A stretch of 63,841 bases of DNA, counting the filler, from Choristocarpus tenellus KU-1152 (lineage: Eukaryota > Protista > Phaeophyceae): the NCBI GenBank assembly GCA_964200185.2. It is 10 parts of 10 records of this genome, joined end to end, with 100 filler letters (N's around TTAATTAATTAA, not from the genome) between each part and the next. Parts side by side here need not be neighbours in the genome. Positions count along the whole stretch, not along the records: positions 11,003 to 16,993 come from CAXNAD020009221.1; positions 17,094 to 20,686 come from CAXNAD020019065.1; positions 20,787 to 41,662 come from CAXNAD020000372.1; 7 more parts are not named here. One strand, 5' to 3'. A program made the position numbers and the translations under genes. Of this stretch, positions 11,774 through 24,100 are shown one piece after another; position 1 is the first letter of the stretch, and each line of letters opens with the position of its first letter. The notes beneath the pieces were generated by a model, which was not told where the DNA came from, made no database searches, and saw only the letters and a list, made by a program, of their open reading frames with translations.

Positions 11774-14700
11774 TCAAGAGAAGGACCCTTTCTCCTCCTG
11801 AATAGGTGGTTGTGCCCTCATAATGGTGGCCTTGTGACACTCCTCCAACAGTGTTGTCATTTCCGTCAATTTCTTCTCCAGATTTGCCTGAGCAAGGCAG
11901 ACAATAACCACGGATACCAGGTGTGGTATGATGAGCAATGAGGGGCAACAAAGAACACAGCAAAGAACACTGCGAGTGCATTCCCTCATCCTCACTCTCA
12001 TCTCTATTATTATTCTTCCTAACGAAGTACATTGAGTTGACGGGCAGGCGGCACATATCGGTTGGAGTCCCCTCCAACTTTCGCAGAGGGGTTGTCTGAC
12101 CTTCCCAGGTACACCTTTGTCGCAAAATTCTGGATAGTGGCCGAGGAGGTTGCTTGGATATTTATTTCACTGTGTATCCACTGTAAAATAAAGAAAGCAA
12201 TGGACAATATGAAGATGCCTCTCGGAAGTAGTATCATTCTGTCATTTTGTGTCTTTGGTCCTAAGGGGAAGGAGGGGGGGCTCACATAACTTTTGGGGGG
12301 TCATAAAAAAAATCAGATAAAATCTAGGAGTGATCAGACTAGGGGATGTTGCAGCTTCACGAACTCGAACGATCTCAATAATCAATCACATGTGCCACAG
12401 TAATAGTAGTAGTGATACTTGTTCATTTGTATACTGCGACTACTACAATATAAGAAATGTGTAATGGCAGAAATATGATTAGGACACTCTCCCTCGTGTG
12501 CAGCTTGCCTTGCAATAAACAATTCACAGTGGATTAGGCAATGAAGTCATTTAGTATATATCATGACACTAGTCGTCCCCCTGTCTCTCCAAAACAGATT
12601 TCATTATCCCTGTACATCATGGTGAAGTGGGCAGTGTTTACTATCCCTGCATCCCAAAAAGGGACGTGTAGGGAGAGAAAGATTCCTTGCCAATATGCAC
12701 AACTCACAAGAAATCTTTCAAAACAATATTTTATTCTACGATCACATCTGAGTAATGTCAGTCGAAACAAAATAATAGAATAACTCATAGTTTGTTCCAA
12801 AACAGGGAAGCACCAAACAAAGGACACAACCACACAACCACACATATACAATTTTTTCCAAGAAATATACTACGTTTACAGGAAACAAAGAAAAAATACC
12901 CTTCCTATTTTTTATCTTCAATTTTCTTTCAACCAGGTTAGTCCTACTTGTTTGTATGGGATCATCCATCAATTTACTACTTTAATGCATGGTAAGTTCT
13001 TACCACAGAGCGAAACTAAGACTCTTAGTCGCTCAAGGGCCGATTTTTGGGGGTGGCTTGCACATAGAATTTCATTCAGTGGTTGTGGAAGTGGGGAAAC
13101 CAGTGTCTACCTTTAGCTCATTCCCTCTCATTTTCACCTCGGGGTATGATCACATTTTTCTGGCGCTGACAAAGTCGATGTTCCTCAGTGCTATTGGTGA
13201 TTTGGTGGTTGATTACAAGAAAATCATTTTATTGCATTTCACTCTTGTACTTTGTATGTATACATACACTTTGAAGTGTATTTTATCATCCTCCCCTACC
13301 CTTCGTGAACAACTCAACTTAGGAACAAGGGCTTCCCTGCTCGCTCATCAGGTGAACGGATGATTTGCCTTTCTGGAGTAGGATTTCTGGGCTTACTGCT
13401 TATCACACGGACTCGACCTGCACCATCTGCAATCATGGAACATCATCTCGAGCTCATGAGTGACACTTCCAGGCTCAATGGCACGATCACCTCATTACAT
13501 CGCTTGGTCACAATTGAAAAATTTACTGGATCAAATGATAAACACAGAAAAAACATTCACCCAACCAATTCACTTTCCAACTCGGCTCCCACACTGAGGT
13601 GTGTTCATTACATAGTCTAGGATTCGCTCCCACTCTCTGCTGGGAAGTCAGACTGAGTCAAAGTAAACTAGAGTCACCGAGTATTACATTTTAAGGATGC
13701 TTACAATCAGGTGGAAAATCCGACTTTGTTACAAATATGTGTGGGATATTTCCGAACTGTGTCGAAACTTCCAAATAATACAGAAATCAGCTCACTCAAG
13801 TCATACTTGGCAACATCCATACAAATATGGGTGAACTGCTAGAGATTGAAAACCTATAATTAAAAATGATCTAAAACTGGGTACCTCTTGTTTACTTTGG
13901 CTCACTGCCGATCATCGACGTTCAGCTTACCACGCCACCTCATTCATTACAAATTAGTTACGAACTAAGAGAAGGTTAACCCATCTATTTCTCATGGTCT
14001 GACTAGGGTATACTACCTGCGGATGAAGCTTTGATTTCATGGTGCATAGAATTGCACCGCCATTTCTCCAGTTTTCTGTTTTGTTAAGGAAAAAACTGCA
14101 GGTGCTTCCAATCAAGCACGGAGACTCTTCTTTATTGCTACTCAACCGCAGCCCTTGTTTTACAATCTAGTCTCAAACTGCACAATGCTGTCCCACAACA
14201 AGAAGCGTTCAGCAATCTAAAATCATCTATCTCAGATATGACATAATGCAAGCACCAAAAAAACGCAATTTTTTCCCACACTTTTTCAATGAAGGTATCA
14301 TCGGAGAAAAAAATTGTATAAAACTAATATTGTATTCTGGACGAGAAATATTTATCCTCTCCACCCAGAACTCGGACTGCCCTTCACCCCCCTTCTTCAC
14401 GGTGCCATCTCCATACAAGGCTGATTTTGGATGATGATTGGTTGCAACAACAATACGAAATACGTTTGCGAAATGTGGAAATCAACACAATCTCAACTAA
14501 TCAAGCAGTGGGATTTTGAAACAACACTTGATTCAATGAATATAACTAGTTCAGAGTCCATTTTACCCCCTTTCACGCACTACTTGGAGAGCCATGGGAT
14601 CACAATTCTAGTGCAGCAATTTGCTTTGTTCGAGGAACGATTGGTTTCAGAAAAAGGCATCTATGCGGATCCATATTAACGCTCATTCATAATATTACTT

Positions 14701-16528
14701 CCCCCAAGTTGTTTCCCAGGGTTCATAGGATACTGTGCAGCATGATGCACGGGGAATAGGCCCAGATTCTAGGTCCCATGCACTTTCATAGGCGATGAAA
14801 CTTGAGCATTATTTGAAAAAGGTTTTAACCTTATCGTCACACCTGTCCATCACGTAGCTCCTTCACACTATCGGTCACCCTCTTCCGAAGGTCATTCCGG
14901 AGCAGCTTGATATGCTCCATAGTTGCCTCTTGCTGCTCCTCGTCCGGTCTCACCTTCAGAGGCAGAAGTCCCACAAATGAGGGTTAAGGGAAAAGAGCAA
15001 ATGGAAACAATTATTCAAGTAGAAACGTCCGCATTTTGTAATGATCCAAAAAAACGCAGTTCCCTGCTTCTTTGACTTGACACTTCATCCACAGTATCAT
15101 AGTACTTCGAGGTATTGTGCAAGGGGGACCAGTCACGTGGGACAGAGGTAGCTAGGGCACATGTAGAAGATATAAAGATGGGATTTACAACCCTCTGAGT
15201 CTTGGGAATAAGGAGAAATTTCTTGATAGATGTAGTGATAAAAGACCAGGTTAATGTGAGGGGGCTGCACAGCTGGAAATAAGGTTCGATTCAATGTGCT
15301 TTCGGGTAAGAGAGGTCACTCTGCCTATAGTCTCGGCCACGAATCATGGTTCCTTGTTGATATCAGAGTTCTTTGTTGTAACAAACAAACGGGTGAGAGG
15401 AGGAGACAACATCGTCATCAACAATCTCTCGATGAACCACTTTGTCGGCAAGATCAGTTTCCTCTCTGCACCTTGCAAAATCCAGTGCTCTATTGCCTGT
15501 AACGCAGAGCTCTCTATATATACTGATAGCGTTTTCCACCCATGCTACCACCAAGAGTAGTATCCAATCTATGCTGAAACGAAAACTCTGCACATTACTG
15601 TCGCACTTGGCATACACACACAGTTCTAGACACACAATTCTTGATTAATATAGCTCTCAATCTAGCAGAATCTCTCCTAATCCAAAACTGACAACCAAAA
15701 AGAAAGGAACAATCAATGCAAGGCCCAAAAGGTAAAAACCATAAAAACTCCACCCTCATCACATACCTCATCGTCAATCAGAGGGTCATCTAGATAATCC
15801 TGTAGGTCCTGGAATGAAAAGCCTTCTCCACATATCTTTCCATCGCCATCATCAAACTTTTTGGTCACCTCCTTCAAAAGTGCACTAACGTCAAAATCAA
15901 CAAAGACATCGCCTACTCCCTCTCCTCCCCCTAATTCTGCCGGTTCACTTGGACCCATGCTTTCCTCTGCCACTGTGCTTTCCCTCACTTCATCTTTCTT
16001 CTCTATTATTCCACCTGCAGTCATGGCATGTCTATCGGTCTTGGTTTGCTCAGCTGGTGCTGGTGCTGAAACCGTGTTAAGAGCATCGCTGTCCAGTCCA
16101 TTCGTTTCTCTATTCAAGGGCGACCTTGAAAAATGTGAGCCCTCCACTCCACCGCTAGGTTTCGCCTCTTCAATATCCATTGCCATCACACTCGTATCAC
16201 CTCCACTATATGGCATCACTATGCTGCCTGTGCTACTGTCCTCATTGTTGCCCTGAGTCTGAGCAGTGTGCAGGAGTGGTGTTTTCTCCCCTTTCATGCA
16301 ACCCTTGACTCTTCCCCATCCCCTATTGAGCCCTCCTACATCCACAAGGCCAAAGTTATGATCTACCTCTCCTCCTACCTCTGTCCCGCTCAAAGGTGCT
16401 GTATCTTTCTGATGGCTACCCTCGCCCCCAGCAGTCATCACACTATCCAACCTTCTTCTCGGTAGAGATGAGCCGTTTCTAAACCATCTACAAAGAACTC
16501 CACCACCTTGATCAGGCCTGTCCCCCAC
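11774..16528 (-). pseudogene. Multi-exon gene or pseudogene with an acidic low-complexity N-terminus and a possible degenerate Ulp1/C48-like peptidase region; possibly transposon-borne
   Basis: 271-aa ORF 16528-15713 has a donor after ...DDPLIDDE|gtatgt. Phase-0 exon-like blocks follow: 15104-15027 (YYDTVDEVSSQRSRELRFFGSLQNAD), 14953-14843 (VRPDEEQQEATMEHIKLLRNDLRKRVTDSVKELRDGQ), 12129-12031, 11887-11774(stop). Some intervening candidate exons contain stops. The Ulp1 similarity is weak and by eye only. Confidence 0.35.
13655..13903. mobile_element. MITE family C (TIR GAGYCAAAGTAAAC)
   Basis: GAGTCAAAGTAAAC ... GTTTACTTTGGCTC flanked by ACT/ACT. Related copies at 37272-37535, 46715-46953 and ~8600-8842. 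Confidence 0.8.
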
Positions 16529-16899
16529 GCCAACAACAAATATAGAGGGGAAAATAGTAGCCGCCAGGGCTGCACACAGATTGCGAGCAGTGTGGTAACG
16601 AACTATTGGTCATCGTTCTTGGTGTGAAGTACTACTACAACAACGATAGGAGTAAGAAAAGCAATAATAGTTGCACCACAAATCTTCAAGAAAAATAGTT
16701 AGCATACGAAGAGCTCCTCTGTACTGTTCTTTAAAAAATGATTCCAAGGAATAATAATAAATAATTGTGCAGCCAAGAAGAAAATGTGCTGGCTTCTCTC
16801 TCGGTGGCGAGAAAATTGCTGTAATGGTCACGGTTTGTAGGGGGGTTGTCGATTGGTCTGAAAATCGTATATTACCACTGATTTAGGGTCAAAGTATCT

Positions 16900-16935
<36 letters not shown>

Positions 16936-17093
16936 GGGGAGAGGGGGGGGGGGGGGGGGGGGGGAAGATGCGGGGGGGGGCGGTAACAAAAAANNNNNNN
17001 NNNNNNNNNNNNNNNNNNNNNNNNNNNNNNNNNNNNNTTAATTAATTAANNNNNNNNNNNNNNNNNNNNNNNNNNNNNNNNNNNNNNNNNNNN

Positions 17094-17228
17094 CTTTTTT
17101 CGATTTTCACTTTTTTGGTGTGATTTAGTCGCACTTGTCCGATTTGAAATGTGAGCAAAAAAACGTTGTTTGACCGAAACGGACGCCCCCTCACAAACAA
17201 CCCTCCCCCCCCCGAGATACTTTGACCC
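17094..17228. mobile_element. MITE family D fragment at contig start
   Basis: Shares interior sequence (inverted) with 11510-11575 and the poly-C AGATACTTTGACCC terminus. Confidence 0.7.
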
Positions 17229-17533
17229 AAGGATGGATCAGGTCAAGGGGGGCGGGGAGAATCGTGTATGTAGTGTATGTAGTGTATGTCGAATGTGTTC
17301 CCCTTACAAGCGATGGGTATATTGTCGATGTTGGTGCTGGGAAGAAAATAGGAAGACGTGATTTTTGCGGGAGTTTGCCGAGAAAAGGCGGTGATGGTTG
17401 TCAGTGTGTATGGACAATCTGTGCAGTCTTTTCATAAGTGCAGATTGTGTTATCTTCACGCAACGCATCGTGTCGATGTGAAGGGAGTGACGGGTGTGGC
17501 ATAAGTTCCAACGATATATATGTTGTGTGTTTG

Positions 17534-20250
17534 TTATATACGTGGGCGAGGGGTGTACGTGTCGGGGTTGTCGCCATCAGTGGCAAACAGAGGCGGAATT
17601 TGTGGGTGGAGGGGGAGGAGGGTCGTCGTGTTCAGTTTGCCTACCACCATTGTGACGATTGTCTGCCCGGGAGGAACCTTGTGACCTTTGCGATAGCGCC
17701 ACTCTTCCTCTGGTGTCGGATCCCTCAAGGTGTACTGAGGTTTGGTTGCCTTGATAGTATTCACTAGAGATGAGGTTCCCGGCATGCGCATGCCGTGCAG
17801 TTCCAGTCTCCTGGCGGCAGACTTCACCACAGCCCCCACTCCATCGGACAAGGATTTCCCGTGACATGAGGCAAAGAAGTTGTGTACCACGGAAATTCCC
17901 ATCCGCGCTAGGGACTGTGAAACCCACCACATCTGCCATCTGTTCTTGAATTGGCTCCCGCAGCCATCAGACCAGATGTGCAGGACCTCTAGAGTCTGTC
18001 CGTGTTCACTTGGTAGAGGTATTAGGCGGTCCTACACAAGCATCTCCACAGCGTTATGGATGAACTCGTTCTCCTGGCTTCAATCTTCACTGCACATCGT
18101 CATGATTTCCCTCTTCTCTGAAATCCGTCAACCACCAGACAATGGCCAGAAGCGCCGTAAGGAATAGGTTGAAGAACTCTTGTTGTGTCAAGTCCTGGTG
18201 ATTGTGTTGCAGGTGGGCGCTGAAGTCCATGGACATGGCGGCATGTCCTTTGGGGAGGCGGGCTTTGCAGTGCTTGTATTGTTGCGCCTGCCAAATGGTG
18301 GTGTTTGTGATGAAGGAATAAGCTTTTCTCGAAGTTTGCAAATATGATCTTTAGGAGTATGGGGAATCCCTCTGTCCTTGGGAACAGCACCTGCATGGAA
18401 CCGGTGAGGTGGTCGCGTATCGGGAATTGTTGCTGGTGGGTCAAAGTATCTGGAGGGGGGCGGCGGCTGTCCATTTGGGGTCAATTTTTTCATGTCGCGT
18501 TTTTTTGGTGATTTGGTTGCATATGTCCGATGGATAATGTAAATGCACTTTACCTTATTTTGACCCAAATGGACACCCATGTGTAGACCCCCCCCCCTAC
18601 CCCAGATACTTTGGGTCTGGTGGTCATAGGTCATGATGATTCGGGCTGAGGTCTCTGGTGCAACCGATTATGTACGATGCTGTGGGAGGGAGTATCTGCT
18701 GGAACCAATACGCCATATGTGAGACACATGCAATGTACAGCGTAACTATTATTGGAATGAAAATGTCGCCCTCACCTTTTGCCTCCACTGTGTTTGTCCA
18801 TGGGCCCTATGGCGTCTTCGTTGTTGTTATCCTCGGTCTTGTTCCTCCTGTGGTTGGGGGCGGACTCTCCCACCATGCACTTAGTGATAATCAAATCGTC
18901 CGTCATGAGATTGTTCGCCCTCAGCTCCGCATATGTTTCGGTGATCAACTTGATCATGTCGTCTTTGGTGGTCCCCCTTGGGTTGGCGATGCCAAGTCTA
19001 GACGACAGCGCCTGTGTGACAGTGTAGGCGGGTATATATATAGCTTTATTGCAGCATGGGTGTGTGGTATGGATGCGTGTACACCGGGGTCTGGTCGACA
19101 CATTGCGCAGGTTGCTATATCGGTCCTGTACCCGCCGTGAGGGTGTAACCGGACAGGTTCGTCTTTAAACCTTAATCAGTTGGTGAGTGTTTGGATAAGG
19201 CCCACCTTTAATTCCTGGCAAGTCTTTTGTTGCAGATCCGCCTCTACCACCGGGATGTACGCGTGGGCGAACTCGTTCCATGTGACACGGGTGCTGTGAG
19301 AGTCCAACATACAAGGGCACTTCCACATGGGGTGAGATTTCCAGTTGCACAGGTAACATGTACTGTCGACACATGAATTTTTGAAACCGCCCAAGGAACC
19401 GCCAGAGAGGACGGTTCGCTGAGGGGTTCCAGCACTGTCCTATCGCATTTGTGTTGTTTTGATCAGTCTATGAGCGGTTTTTGTTGTCAGTGTGGATGTT
19501 TGAGTAGCGGATGGAACGTCACCAGTGGAGTCTGGCTGTGACTGCAGTACATACGTAGAGTACGTAGTGAAACGGTTTGGGTGTGTGTACGTTGGTGTAT
19601 GTATCTTTAGTGGTCTCATTATGTTGGATAGCCATTACAGCTCGTCACGATAAGACATTCACCGCATCAAGGATGTGGTTTGGAAGACAAGCTTACAAGA
19701 GGAAGGCTATTAGATGAGCACCACTTTCGAGTGCAGTCTCCACTTCTTTAGACCCGCATCCTGTGCCTTTGTCGCAGAATTCGCATGTGCATGCGCAAGC
19801 GCGCTGTCTATCATCGCGAAAGCTCATTCTTCCATGTACTTCCTTCCAGTTCTCTCTTAGGCACTGAACCTGGAGGTCGGTGGCCATATGGTGGATGCAA
19901 ATGCATGATCTGTGTTGCGCGGGAGAGTGGAGGGAGGAATGCGGTTGGTGGGTTATCCTCGCTTGTGTGTGGACACTGATGATGCAGTACGTGACTGCTG
20001 GCTATCCTGTGGCGGTTAGGAAACGTAAAGTTGCTCGGTCGCCACTGTGGCGTGTATCCAAAAAAACGAGAGACTCTATTTCCGCACATACCTTGGCATG
20101 GCCTTTGAAATGTAGAACGGTCTCCACTTCACGAATGTTGACGGACAGGGTATTGGTCCTGAGATCCTCTCCTGTTCGAATCTCTCCTTGAAGTTGGCAT
20201 AAACATCCTCATCTGTCCCAATCTGTGACCTTGTTGTGACGTCAGGTGCA
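17534..20250 (-). mobile_element. Decayed Sola2-type (DDD) DNA transposon transposase
   Basis: Motifs occur in order on the minus strand across frameshifts: HRSCICIHH (~19.9 kb), Cys-rich CACTCEFC and CVDSTCYLC..VTWNEF, AMSMDFS (first catalytic D, ~18.23 kb), HIWSDGCGSQFKNR (second D, ~17.96 kb), NFFASCHGKSLSDGVGAVVK (third D, ~17.85 kb). SDGxxxQFK...HGKxxxDGxG is the pattern I associate with Sola2 transposases. Confidence 0.8.
18438..18617. mobile_element. MITE family A (~180 bp, TIR core CAAAGTATCTGG followed by a G-run), inserted in the Sola2 ORF
   Basis: GGGTCAAAGTATCTGGAGGGGGG ... CCCCAGATACTTTGGGTC with flanking direct repeat TGGT. Confidence 0.9.
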
Positions 20251-20786
20251 CAATGTGTATGTAGTGCAATGTCACAGTTTTGTTGGAGGGTGAAAATGTT
20301 ACACAGTGATTAATCGATGATGTGTAGAGGGTGGATACACGCAATATTTGTGAGGATGACACTCGCTAGTGTTGAGTACCTCTGAGCGTGCTGTTGGCAC
20401 AGTGCATTCGGATGGCAAACTCTCTTGTTCGTATGCGAGTCTAAGTAGTGCATTCCCTGGGTGGGGTCATGAGATGTGACTGGATCGTGGGGCATGGCGG
20501 TGCTGTTGTTCTCCCACACGGTGATACCCAGAACATGTGTATCAGGATGCTGTACATGGAACTGTCGTGAGGAGTTGTCCCTTCTCACGTTGAACACCCT
20601 TGGTCTGCCGTTTTGTGCGAGGAACGATGGGAGATATGGGCGTGTGTTGGTTGTGTGCAGCATAATATGAGAGATCATCCGGGCATNNNNNNNNNNNNNN
20701 NNNNNNNNNNNNNNNNNNNNNNNNNNNNNNTTAATTAATTAANNNNNNNNNNNNNNNNNNNNNNNNNNNNNNNNNNNNNNNNNNNN

Positions 20787-20919
20787 CATAATGTACATAT
20801 TTTACCTCCTCCGAAATATTTTGGAGTAGGAACATGTCATAAAAAACCCCGTGGGAAGCCAAACCTGAAACGGACAAACAGGGCAAAACTTGTACCCTAA
20901 CCCTAACATACTTTCACTC
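20787..20919. mobile_element. MITE family B, terminal half at contig start
   Basis: Ends ...TGTACCCTAACCCTAACATACTTTCACTC. Confidence 0.85.
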
Positions 20920-21176
20920 CACCTTCTTGGGTATGATCTGGCCTACGTGAGAGGTCAGCCTCAGAACTGTGTAATGCAGTGTGGGGAAATCCCAAGTTCA
21001 AGCCTATTTATAATGTATTCATGAGGTCTGTTTGTATCTGCAGGGGATGAAGAATGTTGCATTTTGAAATGACACGATGTTTTAGTTTTTTTTTGTATTG
21101 CAATTCAAATCGCTGCCTGTATGCCTGTATGCCTGTATGCCTTGGTTGATGTGGTCTCTCGTGACCGTCCCACCAG

Positions 21177-24100
21177 ATTTGGACAAGATTGCTCAGCGCT
21201 TTAATCACAAGCCTGTCAAAGCATCCCTCTCAACACTGCTGGGAGTGTATCGTGCGACAATGCGTCTGGAATCTATATTACAAGTATTGCAGGGTGTTGT
21301 TGGAGATGAGAGGAGTGAGAGTGAGACAGGAGAGGGGGGAGATAACACATTGAATGACCTTGGAGACAAAGATGGAAACAAGCTTATCTGCCAGTGCATC
21401 GTCTTACCTTTGCAACAGGTGAACTCAATAATATTGTGGAGTTTGTTTGCCCTAACATAGTTCTTCTTTGGTATGAAGTCATGTTGTATTGATTTGTGTT
21501 GTATTACCTCTTCAGTCCCAAAGTTGATATATATATGTGAAACCAGTTTCATAGGTAACTGCTAAGGTGTGAATGGTGATCAGTGTGTAAGTCGATACGG
21601 ATTGATTTATGTCCGTATATATCAAGGGATTGTCCACCTTGATGCAAAGAAATGTGTCACTGACCACAATAGTCTACACATTTAATTTCATTTGCTTATC
21701 TCAGACCCAACATCAGTGTCAACTCTGCTCCTACCTAAAATACACTGTTCTGCCTCCCAATGGCCCACACCCTTCCTAGAGTGTGTCGGACCTGTCACAG
21801 TTCCAGTCCCTATGTGAGGAGGTCATTGACCTAGAACACCTCAGTGAGACTGGGGGCAAGGAAGTGCGTGTTCGTCCTTCTTTCCATGAAGAGCTGAATC
21901 GACTGGGAAATGAAATATCTAGAACTCAAAAGAGTATGGAGGACGTTTTGAGAGCTGTTCAGGAAGAATCTAAGGTATCTTTTGTCCTTGTATTATGGTG
22001 TGATCTATACTATGTAATATTGTATCTTCTTCACCTGGGCACTGCCTTACATCTGTGTTTTGACACAATCTCATTTATATGTACACATGTATAGAGGAGG
22101 TGATATGTGTTGATACATGAACCTCAATTCACTGTGTTGTTAGGCACCTGCTGGGAAGGTCAAGCTTGAATACAATGTGGTGCATAACTATCACCTTAGA
22201 GTTACCAAGAAGGACCAAGGACTGGTGGGAGCTTGCAAGGGTGCCCTCACCCTCTCTATACAGAAGGTCAGTTGTATAGCCCACAAGGATGCCCAGGGGC
22301 CATAAGTCCAACATGGGGGATTTAGGGAGCAACAGGATTTGAGTTGTCGATCTATGGGCATGTTGTTCAGTGTTGTAACATAGTGTTAAAACTAAGCTCG
22401 CTTCAGTGTCAATCAAGTCCATGCCGAAAGAAATAAAACAATACCAAAAACCTTGCCCTGCAATATTGACTCCAACATTCCTTTTGTTGTGTCTATGTTA
22501 TGTGCTCTGTCATTTCATCTCTTTTCCTGGTACTTATTTCTGGCATTTCAAGGCAGGTGTGCTCTTTACTACAGATGCATTGCGTTCCCTGGGAACAAGG
22601 GCGACCCACCTCAAGGCCCAATACCAAGATGTGCAAGGGTAAGTGGCAAGAGTATGTGTTGTGTCATTACAAGAATATGTGTTGTATCATTACAAGAATA
22701 TGTGTTATGTCATTACAAGAATATGTGTTGTGTCATTACAAGAAATCTCTGTTTGTCTACGTATTACGCACTTTGCCTTGTTGATACAGGCAAAGGCTTT
22801 AACCATATAGAGAGACCCTCCTTCTCCATGTAGATACAAGGAACCATCTTGGAGATTTCCTCACAGTACATGGCATGACCTGACAATATGACATTTTCCC
22901 CAGGGTCAGTACTTACATCTCCTAGTTCTATATGCTCTTTCTTGTGGTACCTAATTGTTTCACTTAGGGCTAGGGTTAGGGTTGGTCATGATTTTGTCGT
23001 ACAACTAGAGGCTTCCTAATACTTTTAACATAAACTGATACATGGACTGGGGTCATCCAGTTCCAGTTAGACTCACTTCAGTTTTGGAAAGTTCGATGCG
23101 ACAGAGTATTGAGAAAGATATGATTAGAGCATTAATTGTGTGAGCAGAAAGGATGTAAGCTTGGTGGATTTATTTGGGTTGGTGGGGTGGGTGAGTGTGG
23201 GGGGGGTGGATGTTTTGAATATCTTGTTTCTTGGATGTCCTTGTGTACACTCATTGGTGTGACTGTATCATTTCCCTGTGAATTGCAAGTGCTTGTGTCC
23301 AGTGTCCCTTCACATTAGATTCTCAACAAGTACCCTGGGTTGAACATCAGGAAAGCTCATGGCATGCCAGTGAACAGATGTGTTTTTCCGGGCTGGCAAC
23401 CTTTCTTTGAAATTTTCACTCTTATGATCGTGATACCAATGTCATGTAAGTCAATTGTCATGTGCCAGTTACATGCTATAAAAGTACTTGCTTGCTACTC
23501 TCAAAACTTCAAATCTCTCTGCTGCTTCCATGTAGGGGGGTGTATTGGGGAATGTACCACCCTGCAGCACTATATTACTGTTGATGTGTGTGTTTCCAAG
23601 ATTCTTTTCATCACACTGTAAGATACAGCACATATGTATATCAATTGACAGGAAGGCAACACAATAGTGGCAAGTGTAGCCCTTTGATTATTGTCAGTAT
23701 ATGCACACTGCGGCATATCTCTTCACTATACTCAAATGTTGCCATTGACAAGTACCACAAACTGTGGCTCCTGGCAGCCCCCATTTGATACCTTTTGTCT
23801 ACCATCTGCTGGCTGGGTTGGTCATCAGTGATCCTTGAATAGCAAGAATGGTTTGCCTGTTGGACAAATTATGGTGTGGCTGTTCCAAACACTTCAGTGA
23901 AAGAAGGCCCAAATGAATAGTTCACAGATATTGCTATGCTTTGAGGCTTTTGGGGTGGGTGGCCTGTGATATCTATTTAGGATCCACTGTAGGAGGGGGA
24001 TACTTCCATCTCTGCAGTACTCAACACTGCCCCCTCAAATGTCTTGCTCTTCTTGCTGGCCATGGTGTTTATGATTGTGCAGGAAAATTGTGGATCAAGC

